64,000 bases of DNA from Alphaproteobacteria bacterium. GTDB taxonomy: Bacteria > Pseudomonadota > Alphaproteobacteria > Rickettsiales > SXRF01. The DNA lies in contig JAGVLO010000004.1 in the NCBI GenBank assembly GCA_020049775.1, forward strand, positions 139,385 through 203,384. The letters run 5' to 3'. The position numbers were made by a program, and so were the translations under genes. Positions 18,841 to 27,534 of the stretch are shown here, piece after piece (the first letter of the stretch is position 1; every line of letters starts with the position of its first letter). The notes beneath the pieces were generated by a model. The model saw only the letters and a program-made list of their open reading frames with translations. It ran no database searches and was not told the origin of the DNA.

Positions 18841-21800
18841 CTAAATAATTGGTGAAAGCGAGATGGTCACCTTCTGGTCATCGAGCATATTCTCTGCCGA
18901 GAAGGTTGCTTTTTCAAGCGGCTTGTCGGAAATGTCGGTGGCGAGCGTTTGTTCCATCACATACATTTTATGTGTGGCAAGCGCCTTGGCAACCGCCTCC
19001 GTTGCAACCACGCCTAAACGGATGCGGTCGGACACGTTGAAGTTAGCGTCTTTGCGCGCTTGCTGAATCATGCGCACCAAGTCACGCGCGAGGCCTTCGG
19101 ATATTAATTCGTCTGTAAGTTTTATATCTAAAATTACCAGCGCGTCGTTGGTAGAAAGTGCTTGAGCGCGCTCTTTATATTCCGGCTTGGGTTCGAGCTG
19201 CAGCGTGTATTCACCAGCAAGCAATTTTTCACCAGCGATTTCCACTGTGCTGTCCACCTGCTTCCATTCACCTTTTTTAGATGCGGGCAGAATCTGCTTC
19301 ATCTTTTCCGGCAGGCGTTTGCCGAGTACAGCAGAGTTGATGGATAGTTTGAGAGTGGCGTAGTCATCTGAGAAAATGAGAGTGCTAACGTTTTTTACAT
19401 TCACTTCGTCTTGAATAATAGGGAAGAGGTAGCGTTGACCGTTGCTAAACTCATGACGTGAGGCAATAGTGAGCATATACAGCGGTTGGCGTACACGAAT
19501 ATTAGTTTTATTGCGAATAGCCAGGGAGGTATTGCATACGTCACGCACCCAATCCATTTGTGCCATCAGCTCATCATCGTCACTCCGGCGAAGGCCGGAG
19601 TCCACGTCACTATGGATACCGGCCTGCGCCGGTATGACGGGGAAGGAAGGAAACTCTGCCGTATGCACACTTCCTTCATTGGTCAGGCCACGGTAAATAT
19701 CTTCTAAAGTCAGTGGCAATAGCGGCGCAGCGGTGCGGCACATGGCGTGCAGCACGGTGTAGAGCGTGTCATAGGCGGCCTGTTTATCGGCGTCTTTTTC
19801 TTCTTTCCAGAAGCGTTCCTTGTTGCGGCGGATATACCAGTTATTCAGCGCATCAAAGAATTGCTGCAAAGCGTCGCAGGCGCTCGGCGTGTCGTAGGCG
19901 TCGAGCGATTTTTCAATCGTTTCCACGGCAGCCTTGCACTTGGCGAGGATATATCTGTCCATCACGTCCTGTGAGGTGGTCGAATATTTCGCCTGAATAC
20001 CATCGGCGTTGGCATAGAGCGTGAAGAAGTTATACGCGTTCCAGATGGGTTTTATGGCAAGGCGCACCACATCGCGGATGAATTTTCCGTCGGGGTCGAC
20101 CATCAAATCCTGCCCGCGCATTACGGGCGAGGCAATCATGAGCCAGCGCAGCGCGTCCGCGCCGAACTGGTTGATGACCTCCATCGGGTCTTTGTAATTC
20201 TTCAGGCGTTTGGAATATTTCAGCCCCGTTTCCGCGTCCAGCACCACACCGTGGCAGATGCAGTTTTTAAACGGCGGCTTGTCGAATAAAGCCGTGGAAA
20301 GCATGATGAGCGTGTTAAACCAGCCGCGCGTCTGCCCGACATATTCGGTGATGAAGTCGGCGGGGAAGTGCGACTCAAACCATTCCTTGTTTTCAAACGG
20401 GTAATGCACCTGCGCAAACGGCATCGAGCCGGACTCGAACCAGCAGTCAAACACGTCTTCCACGCGGCGCAGTGTGTAGTTTGCGTCGGTGGGGTCGGGC
20501 TTGGTGAGTTCATCAATGAACGGGCGGTGCAGGTCGGTGACTTTTTTGCCGAAGAATTCTTCCAGTTCCTTGATAGAGCCGAATACATACAGCTCTTTGT
20601 TTTTCGGGTTGTCGGATTTCCAGATGGGAATCGGCGTACCCCAGAAACGGTTGCGCGAAATGCTCCAGTCCGGCGCGGTGGCCAGCATATGCCCCATCTG
20701 CCCGTCGCGGACATGGGCGGGAATCCAGTTGATTTCCTTGTTCAGCTCCACCGCGCGGTCGCGGAATTTGGTGACTTCCACATACCAGCTCGGCATGGCG
20801 CGATAAATGAGCGGCTTGTCGGTGCGCCAGCAATGCGGGTAGTTGTGCTTTATTACTTCGTCTTTAATCAGTTTGTTGTTGGCCTTCAGCCAGCGCAGGA
20901 TACGCATGTTGGCGAGGCCGAATTTCTGTACGTCTTTTTCGCTGATATGCTGCGCCTTGTCGGATTCATCTAGCGGGCGCTGCTCATCGATTACATTAAG
21001 GCCTTTAAGGCTCAACATCTCGTCATTCCGGCGTAGGCCGGAATCCACGTGGACACCGGCCTGCGCCGGTGTGACGTAAAAGGGAATGTCGGAAAGCTCA
21101 TCCGTGTATTTGCCCTGACCATCAACCGGCACAACAATTTCAATGCCATTCGCTTCGCAGCATTTTTGATCGTCTTCGCCGAAGCCCGGCGCCATATGCA
21201 CAATGCCCGTGCCGTCGCCGTCAGTGACGAAGCTTGAACCATCGAGAATGCGGAAGGCTTTATGGGTTTTGAAATACGGGAATAGCGGCTCGTAGGTGAG
21301 GCCGATGAGGTCGCTGCCGCTTATATCGTTCTCAGTATCGGGTAGATACGGCTTATTGTTCTCAACATTATGGTGCGTGGTGTTAAGTTCATTAGCGTAT
21401 GCACCGCGTCGACTGGAAGAAACAATAAAACAAATATTCTCTTGATCGCTCTTAAAGACATGAGCCAGATTTGGATGAACGGTTTTATTGTTTCGTACAA
21501 GCTGTGAATAGGATAGCTCGGGATTCACAGCCAACGCCAGATTGCTCGGCAATGTCCATGGCGTGGTCGTCCATGCCAGTACATAATAATTATCGGCCTT
21601 GGGCGCGCCTTTGGGGGCTTCGCGCAGTTTGAACGCCACCGTCGCCGCTTTGTCTTCGCGCTCGCGGTAGCTGTTATCCAGCTTGGTTTCAAAGTTGGAA
21701 AGCGGGGTTTCCGCCGCCCATGAATAGGGCATCACGCGGAAGGATTCGTACACCCAGCCCTTTTTATATATTTCCTTGAACGCCCAGATGACCGACTCCA

Positions 21801-22305
21801 TGAAATTCACATCCATGGTTTTGTAGTCGCCTTTAAAATCCACCCAGCGGGCTTGGCGGGTGACATAGTCTTCCCATTCGCTGGTATATTTCATCACGCT
21901 GGTGCGGCAATGCTCGTTGAATTTGCCGATGCCGAATTTCATGATGGCTTGGCGGCCCGAGATGCCCAGTTCCTTTTCGCTGCCCATTTCGGCGGGTAGG
22001 CCATGGCAGTCCCAGCCGAAGCGGCGGTCGACGCGCTTGCCCTTCATGGTCTGGTAGCGCGCATATAAATCTTTCACGAATCCGGTGAGAAGGTGGCCGT
22101 AATGCGGCAGGCCGTTGGCGAATGGCGGGCCATCATAGAAGATGAATTCTTCCGCGTTTTTGCGGTTATCGATGGATTTCTGGAAGCTGCCATCCTTCGC
22201 CCAATAGTTAAGAACGGCCTCTTCAATAGCCGCAAATTCGGGGTTGGCATTGACTTCAGGGTAAAAAGCCTTAGGCTTCTGGGCAGGTTTTGCGGCGGAT
22301 GTCAT
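18841..22305 (-). CDS. ileS: Isoleucine--tRNA ligase, type 2 (eukaryote/Rickettsiales-like), with internal insertions
   Basis: FYDGPPFANGLPHYGH, GWDCHGLP, WTTTPWTLPSN, YPHCWR, WFESGSMP and KYSKR (KMSKS motif); likely start ATG at 22305. Confidence 0.96.
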   Translation of the reverse strand: MTSAAKPAQKPKAFYPEVNANPEFAAIEEAVLNYWAKDGSFQKSIDNRKNAEEFIFYDGPPFANGLPHYGHLLTGFVKDLYARYQTMKGKRVDRRFGWDCHGLPAEMGSEKELGISGRQAIMKFGIGKFNEHCRTSVMKYTSEWEDYVTRQARWVDFKGDYKTMDVNFMESVIWAFKEIYKKGWVYESFRVMPYSWAAETPLSNFETKLDNSYREREDKAATVAFKLREAPKGAPKADNYYVLAWTTTPWTLPSNLALAVNPELSYSQLVRNNKTVHPNLAHVFKSDQENICFIVSSSRRGAYANELNTTHHNVENNKPYLPDTENDISGSDLIGLTYEPLFPYFKTHKAFRILDGSSFVTDGDGTGIVHMAPGFGEDDQKCCEANGIEIVVPVDGQGKYTDELSDIPFYVTPAQAGVHVDSGLRRNDEMLSLKGLNVIDEQRPLDESDKAQHISEKDVQKFGLANMRILRWLKANNKLIKDEVIKHNYPHCWRTDKPLIYRAMPSWYVEVTKFRDRAVELNKEINWIPAHVRDGQMGHMLATAPDWSISRNRFWGTPIPIWKSDNPKNKELYVFGSIKELEEFFGKKVTDLHRPFIDELTKPDPTDANYTLRRVEDVFDCWFESGSMPFAQVHYPFENKEWFESHFPADFITEYVGQTRGWFNTLIMLSTALFDKPPFKNCICHGVVLDAETGLKYSKRLKNYKDPMEVINQFGADALRWLMIASPVMRGQDLMVDPDGKFIRDVVRLAIKPIWNAYNFFTLYANADGIQAKYSTTSQDVMDRYILAKCKAAVETIEKSLDAYDTPSACDALQQFFDALNNWYIRRNKERFWKEEKDADKQAAYDTLYTVLHAMCRTAAPLLPLTLEDIYRGLTNEGSVHTAEFPSFPVIPAQAGIHSDVDSGLRRSDDDELMAQMDWVRDVCNTSLAIRNKTNIRVRQPLYMLTIASRHEFSNGQRYLFPIIQDEVNVKNVSTLIFSDDYATLKLSINSAVLGKRLPEKMKQILPASKKGEWKQVDSTVEIAGEKLLAGEYTLQLEPKPEYKERAQALSTNDALVILDIKLTDELISEGLARDLVRMIQQARKDANFNVSDRIRLGVVATEAVAKALATHKMYVMEQTLATDISDKPLEKATFSAENMLDDQKVTISLSPII
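19578..19639. repeat. CGTC-tagged palindromic (REP-like) dimer inserted in frame in ileS, copy 1
   Basis: CGTCACTCCGGCGAAGGCCGGAGTCCA-cgtcacta-TGGATACCGGCCTGCGCCGGTATGACG, encoding VIPAQAGIHSDVDSGLRRSD. Confidence 0.85.
21021..21076. repeat. CGTC-tagged palindromic (REP-like) dimer inserted in frame in ileS, copy 2
   Basis: CGTCATTCCGGCGTAGGCCGGAATCCA-cg-TGGACACCGGCCTGCGCCGGTGTGACG, encoding VTPAQAGVHVDSGLRRND. Confidence 0.85.
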
Positions 22306-22389
22306 TGGCAAATAATTAATATATTTCTGTATAATGGCTGAAAGAATAGCCTTTCTAACGGTTTTAGACTCAGGTTGCAATATATGTAT

Positions 22390-22824
22390 ATGGAAGAAAA
22401 ACGTCTTACTGTACGCATGCGCAAGTACTGGGATCTGCTGTGCAAAGAGAAAGAAGTGCCTAAAATTCAACAATTTAACCATGCGGTCATCGAAGATTTA
22501 TGGCCCTATTGCTTCATGGTGAGCATCGAGCGCACAGACAAGCCCGCCTATAAATATGAATATATCGGCGAGCCGATTGTGCATATGTACGGTCAAGACC
22601 TGAACGGCATTGTTTTCAACGAAGGCATGCGCCATTTTCTCGGCGGCCACGTGTTCGATAAGCTGACAGAGGTTAGTGGCGGCAGCGGTCCGGTTGAAGA
22701 CGAGGGCCATATCGTGAACTATCAGGGGCAGCAGGTTAAATACCGCGCTTGTTTCCTTCCCTTCGGCAAGGGCTACAAAGACCTGACGCATATCGTGGTT
22801 GGTTTCTCGTACCGTGTATTCTAG
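22390..22824 (+). CDS. Stand-alone PAS-domain protein (PAS_5-like)
   Basis: KYW...DLWPYCFMV...YKYEYIG...YRACFLPF pattern typical of alphaproteobacterial PAS_5 proteins. Confidence 0.65.
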   Translation: MEEKRLTVRMRKYWDLLCKEKEVPKIQQFNHAVIEDLWPYCFMVSIERTDKPAYKYEYIGEPIVHMYGQDLNGIVFNEGMRHFLGGHVFDKLTEVSGGSGPVEDEGHIVNYQGQQVKYRACFLPFGKGYKDLTHIVVGFSYRVF

Positions 22825-22853
22825 TTGACAGAGCACGCGTAAAATCCGACATT
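22825..22853 (+). promoter_or_regulatory. Putative sigma70 promoter of metC
   Basis: TTGACA-N17-GACATT about 40 bp upstream of the ATG. Confidence 0.45.
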
Positions 22854-22894
22854 ACGCGCATTCATCAACAGCTTAACCACCGCCGAGATTTTTC

Positions 22895-24085
22895 ATGTCC
22901 CCGAAGACCACGCCAACAAACAAAGATACGTTCCTTGCTACCACCGCTTGTTACCCCGAAAAACATCGCGGCGTTGTCAACATGCCGGTGTACCGCGCAT
23001 CGACGATTCTGTTTCCCAACCTTGCGGAATTTGAAGCGGCGGATCGCGGTGATTGCGCCTATCCCGTTTACGGGCGCTATGGCACGCTGACCACCGAGGA
23101 GCTGGAAAAAACCATCGCGCTGCTCGAAGGCGCGGATCATTCTATTGTCACATCGTCAGGCCTTGCCGCCATTGTGCTGGTGCTGATGACGTTCCTAAAA
23201 AGCGGCGATCATCTGCTGATGGTAGATACCGTTTACGGCCCGACGCGCCGCTTTTGCGACCATGAACTCAAGCGCCTCGGCGTTGAAACCACTTATTACG
23301 ACCCCACCGTCGGCGCGGATATCTCCAAGCTGATACGCGATAACACGCGCCTGATATTTATCGAAAGCCCGGGTTCGCTCACATTTGAAGTGCAGGACGT
23401 TCCCGCCATCGTGAAGGCTGCGCGCGCAAAAGGCGTGCTGATTGCCGGCGACAACACATGGGGTACGCCGCTTTATTACCATGCGTTCGAGCTGGGCATG
23501 GATATTTCTATCCACTCCGCCACTAAATATATCAGTGGCCATTCCGATTTCCTGATGGGAACAGTGTCGTGCAAAAAAGACCATTACATGCAGCTATTGC
23601 GCACGTTCCGCAACACGGGTGCGTGTCCGAGCGGTGATAATTGCTACCTCGCGCTGCGCGGCCTGCGCACCATGGCGGTGCGCCTGCGCCAGCAATATGA
23701 GCATGGGCTGGAAGTGGCCCGCTGGCTTTCCTCGCGTCCCGAGGTGGAAGCGGTGTTGCATCCGGCACTACCCGGTGCGCCCGGCCACGACATCTGGAAG
23801 CGCGATTTTTCCGGTGCGTGCAGCTTGTTTGCCTTTGTGCTGAAAGAAAACGTGCCGCAGGCAACGCTTGCGCGCATGATGGATAATCTCGAGCTGTTCG
23901 GCATGGGCTATAGTTGGGGCGGGTTCGAGAGCCTGATGATTCCCATCAACCTGAATAAAATCCGCACGGCGACCAAGTTTGCTTATAAGGGCACGCTGCT
24001 TCGCATCCATGTCGGGCTAGAAGATCCGCAGGATCTGATGGCAGATATCGCGCGCGGCTTTGACCGCATGAAAAAAGCGGCCTGA
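22895..24085 (+). CDS. metC: Cystathionine beta-lyase
   Basis: YGRYGT, ESPGSLTFEVQDVPAI, DNTW, SATKY and GYSWGGFESL motifs. Confidence 0.93.
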   Translation: MSPKTTPTNKDTFLATTACYPEKHRGVVNMPVYRASTILFPNLAEFEAADRGDCAYPVYGRYGTLTTEELEKTIALLEGADHSIVTSSGLAAIVLVLMTFLKSGDHLLMVDTVYGPTRRFCDHELKRLGVETTYYDPTVGADISKLIRDNTRLIFIESPGSLTFEVQDVPAIVKAARAKGVLIAGDNTWGTPLYYHAFELGMDISIHSATKYISGHSDFLMGTVSCKKDHYMQLLRTFRNTGACPSGDNCYLALRGLRTMAVRLRQQYEHGLEVARWLSSRPEVEAVLHPALPGAPGHDIWKRDFSGACSLFAFVLKENVPQATLARMMDNLELFGMGYSWGGFESLMIPINLNKIRTATKFAYKGTLLRIHVGLEDPQDLMADIARGFDRMKKAA

Positions 24086-25770
24086 TGCGCTCTATCGGCG
24101 CCATTCATGTAATGATGGTGGCCGTACTTGCGGGGCTTTTCAATCTGGTTCCGCTGCTCTTGGCCAGTCCGGGCGCCGATGTGCTTTTCCACTACACGCT
24201 GATTGAGTGCTTTGCCAAACAGTTCTGGGAGGGCGACCTTTATCCGCGCTGGTGCGTGGCGGCCAATGACGGGCTGGGCTCGCCGCTGTTTTTATTTTAT
24301 TTTCCGTTCCCGTATTTTGTTACCTCGCTTTTTTATCCGCTGAAATTTTTCGGTTTCGGGGCGGAGGAATTTTACCTCGCGTCGGTCGGGCTGGCGAATA
24401 TTTTTGCCGTGCTTACCTGCTGCCTGTGGCTGCGTGAAATCACCACGCCTGGGCGCGCGCTCTTATGTGCGGTGCTGTTCCTGTTTATGCCTTACCGCAT
24501 GGAAGTGCTGCTGTTCCGCACCGCTTTTGCCGAGTTATGGTGCATCACATGGCTGCCGCTTCTGTTCCTGTACACGCACCGCATCGCGCTGGGTAACCGC
24601 CGCGCGTGGTTGCCCATGGCGTTCTCGGTGATACTGGCCATGTTGTCGCACGCGCCGCTGGCCTATATTGGACTCATGGCTTGCGGCGTGCAGCTATTAT
24701 GGATGACGGGCTTTCAGCCCAAATCATGGCTGCCCTTTATCAATGCCGTGCTGGTGGCGTGCGTGGCGCTGGCGATATATCTTTTTCCTGCCAAATATTA
24801 TATGCAGTTTTTAAACCCGCAGCCGCTGGAATTTGTGCGTTCGGTATGGGTGAATAACTATGCCTCGCTCGACGAGCTGGTTAATTTCCGCCGTGCCACC
24901 TTTAACCGCGCCAGCGTGATGGTCAATCTCGGCATTACCTTATTATTTGTCGCGGGCATGGCTCTGGTGGTGTGGCGCAGGCGCGCCGGCATTGCCAATG
25001 CCGATGCGCGCCGCGAGATGCTCGGCTGGTTGCTGGTGGCGGCGTTTTCGTTGTTTCTGCTGTTTCCGCTCAGCGCTCCGCTGTGGGAGCTGTTCTTCAA
25101 TCTTTCAGGCATCATGACGCCGTGGCGCGCGCAGGTGCTGCTGCCGTTTGCCATCCTCTATTTACTCGCCACCAAAATGCAGTGGATGATGGGTGAAAAA
25201 CAGCTAAAAACATGGAAATGCGACTATGGCGCGCTGCTTGGGTTGTTTGTAATACTGTCGCTTTCCGTGCTGACTACAAGGCCGCCGGAACTGCTCTCCT
25301 TATATAGAGTGGCGATGGACTCGATGGTGGTCAACGCCATGGAATACCGTTCGCGCTGGACAGATGAGCCGGTGGCCAACCGCGAAAACATCATCGCGCG
25401 TTTCCAGAACCCGAAAAAACCGGAAAAGGCAAAAGTGCTGGAAAATGGCGGCAAGGTTACACAAGTCACGCAGGATTGCTGCAGTATCACACTCGACGTG
25501 GACATGAATCGTGACGGCATTGTGCATATCGAGCATTTTTATTTTCCCATCTGGCATGGCACCATTGACGGCAAGGAAACCGACGATATATTCCCGCAGG
25601 CGAAAACGGGCTTCATAAATATGCAAGTACCGCAGGGCAAGCATCGTGTTGAACTACACCGTGACCTTGCTTACGTCATGGGGCTGCCTTATGTGGCGGC
25701 CTGTTTCGCATCGCTCTTGGGATGGGCATTTTTATTATACAGCCATATGCGCTACCGGAGGGGTAAATGA
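24085..25770 (+). CDS. Polytopic membrane protein, PTPS-related/YfhO-like (GT-C-like), paralog 1
   Basis: G.LYPRW...N.GLGSPLFLFY, FLFMPYR, FAE, PWR and EY motifs; C-terminal HFYFPIW...VPQGKHRVEL. Confidence 0.7.
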   Translation: MRSIGAIHVMMVAVLAGLFNLVPLLLASPGADVLFHYTLIECFAKQFWEGDLYPRWCVAANDGLGSPLFLFYFPFPYFVTSLFYPLKFFGFGAEEFYLASVGLANIFAVLTCCLWLREITTPGRALLCAVLFLFMPYRMEVLLFRTAFAELWCITWLPLLFLYTHRIALGNRRAWLPMAFSVILAMLSHAPLAYIGLMACGVQLLWMTGFQPKSWLPFINAVLVACVALAIYLFPAKYYMQFLNPQPLEFVRSVWVNNYASLDELVNFRRATFNRASVMVNLGITLLFVAGMALVVWRRRAGIANADARREMLGWLLVAAFSLFLLFPLSAPLWELFFNLSGIMTPWRAQVLLPFAILYLLATKMQWMMGEKQLKTWKCDYGALLGLFVILSLSVLTTRPPELLSLYRVAMDSMVVNAMEYRSRWTDEPVANRENIIARFQNPKKPEKAKVLENGGKVTQVTQDCCSITLDVDMNRDGIVHIEHFYFPIWHGTIDGKETDDIFPQAKTGFINMQVPQGKHRVELHRDLAYVMGLPYVAACFASLLGWAFLLYSHMRYRRGK

Positions 25771-27452
25771 ACCACACGCAGTTGTTTTCGTTTTCAAGGG
25801 TGCTGGTGTATGTGCTGCTTGCCTCGCTGGTCAATATCATGCCCATGCGCCTGTTTGAAACGGGCGGCGACAGCATGTTCCATTTCATGCTGATTGAGTG
25901 TTTCGCGGGTCAATTCTGGCAGGGTGATTTCTATCCACGCTGGTGTATGGAGGCCAATAGCGGCCTTGGCGTTCCCGTATTCTTATTTTATTTTCCGTTG
26001 CCGTATTATGTGGCGGCGCTGCTTTATCCACTCACCTATGCGGGCGTGTCCATCTATGCGCTCTATACTTTGTCTATGTTCCTTGCCACTGTGGTAACGG
26101 GCATCACCGCTTACTTGTGGCTGCGCGATATTACCGATCGCCCGCGCGCGCTGATGGTGAGTATCGCACTGCTGTTCATGCCCTACCGCATGGAGACCAT
26201 GCTTTTCCGCTCCGGTTATGCCGAGGTGTGGGCCATGGCGCTGCTGCCGCTGATGTTTATGTACACACGCAGGCTGGTGCTTGGCAAGAAGGAGGCCGTA
26301 GCCGGTTTTGCGCTGGCCAGCGGTTTGTGCCTGATAACGCATGTACCGCTTACTATTGTCGCCTATATCATTTGCGGTGCGTATGCCGTCATAGTGGCCG
26401 AGGAAAAATGGCCGGCCATGGTGCGCCTGAAGCTGGCAGGCATCGGCGGTGCGCTGATTGCGTCCTTCTATTTATTCCCGGGTTTTTATTTCCGCCGTTT
26501 CATGCTGCCGCCATCTGAGGTGGATGAGCCGACGCCGTGGGCAAATAGTTTCCTTTCCATGCAGAACCTTGCCGAGCAGGGCAGGGTGGTGGCGGGCAGC
26601 GCCATGGCACTTGCCGCGCTTGTGCTGTTTGCACTCTATATATGGGTGAAGCGAAGCCGCATCGAAGACAGCTTGATGCGCCGTGAAGTGGTAGCGTGGG
26701 TGGCAGCATCGATTGTGGCGGCGTTCTTGCTGTTTCCGGTCAGTGCGCCGCTGTATGACGCGCTCAAGCCATGGTCGGGCATTGTGTTCCCATGGCGCAT
26801 GCAGGCAATGTTCATGTTTGCCATCGCCTTCATGATGGCGGTGTGGATGCGCTGGTTTGTGCTGCCCAAGAAGCTCAAAACATGGAAGGGCGATTACGGT
26901 ATGTTCCTTGTGCTGCTGGTGCTGCTTTCGTACTTCATGGTCGGCATCCGCAATGACGACGAGGCGGGCATCAAAAAAGTCACCGACGCGCGCCTGATTG
27001 CCGAGCCGGAATACCGCACGCAATGGGCAGACAAAAAACATTTCAACGACCAGTATTTCTTCGACCGCCTGAAGAAAAAACCGCCGCAGGCTGAAATCAT
27101 TTCCGGCAAGGGCAAGGTGGAAGTAAAGCACTGGGGCTGGGACGGTATTACGATTGCGGTTGAAGCGACAGGTAAGCCCATCACTGTGCGCCTCGATCAC
27201 AGTTATTTCCCGCTGTGGCATGTGAAGGCGGGTGAGGGCGCGGTGACGCTAAAACCCGAGAAGGACACAGGGCGCATACTGATCGAGTTTCCTGTTGGAA
27301 AACAGACTATTGAACTCTATTATTGCACAAGCAGCGGCGACTATAAATTCATGTGGATTTTCAATATACTAAGTGCGCTTATGGCGGTTTGGTGCCTGTG
27401 GGTTGCCGCACGCCAAAAAATCGCAAGCCTTGCTTTGACAAAGCGCACCTAG
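25767..27452 (+). CDS. Polytopic membrane protein, PTPS-related/YfhO-like (GT-C-like), paralog 2
   Basis: Same motifs (GDFYPRWC, FLFYFP, MPYRME, FPWR, EY, YFPLW) and the same 561-aa length; ATGA overlap with paralog 1. Confidence 0.7.
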   Translation: MNHTQLFSFSRVLVYVLLASLVNIMPMRLFETGGDSMFHFMLIECFAGQFWQGDFYPRWCMEANSGLGVPVFLFYFPLPYYVAALLYPLTYAGVSIYALYTLSMFLATVVTGITAYLWLRDITDRPRALMVSIALLFMPYRMETMLFRSGYAEVWAMALLPLMFMYTRRLVLGKKEAVAGFALASGLCLITHVPLTIVAYIICGAYAVIVAEEKWPAMVRLKLAGIGGALIASFYLFPGFYFRRFMLPPSEVDEPTPWANSFLSMQNLAEQGRVVAGSAMALAALVLFALYIWVKRSRIEDSLMRREVVAWVAASIVAAFLLFPVSAPLYDALKPWSGIVFPWRMQAMFMFAIAFMMAVWMRWFVLPKKLKTWKGDYGMFLVLLVLLSYFMVGIRNDDEAGIKKVTDARLIAEPEYRTQWADKKHFNDQYFFDRLKKKPPQAEIISGKGKVEVKHWGWDGITIAVEATGKPITVRLDHSYFPLWHVKAGEGAVTLKPEKDTGRILIEFPVGKQTIELYYCTSSGDYKFMWIFNILSALMAVWCLWVAARQKIASLALTKRT

Positions 27453-27534
27453 CGTGTTAACTCTTAAGTAATAGAATAAAAAAATATTTCAATTCGCAGG
27501 CCGTTTTTTAATCAACTCTCTTTTAAGGGAAAAG

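Noticed and set aside
19578-21076. Intein, intron or CRISPR repeats in ileS
   Set aside because: The inserts are only about 20 codons, have no splicing motifs, and occur as two copies 1.4 kb apart with no spacer array or cas genes
22306-22482. N-terminal extension of IleRS in the ORF track
   Set aside because: It covers an AT-rich divergent promoter region and overlaps the PAS gene; the ATG at 22305 fits better
24085-27452. PTPS-related proteins as a folB bypass for the folate cluster
   Set aside because: They are polytopic membrane proteins without the T-fold catalytic motifs; the family name does not imply pterin synthase activity
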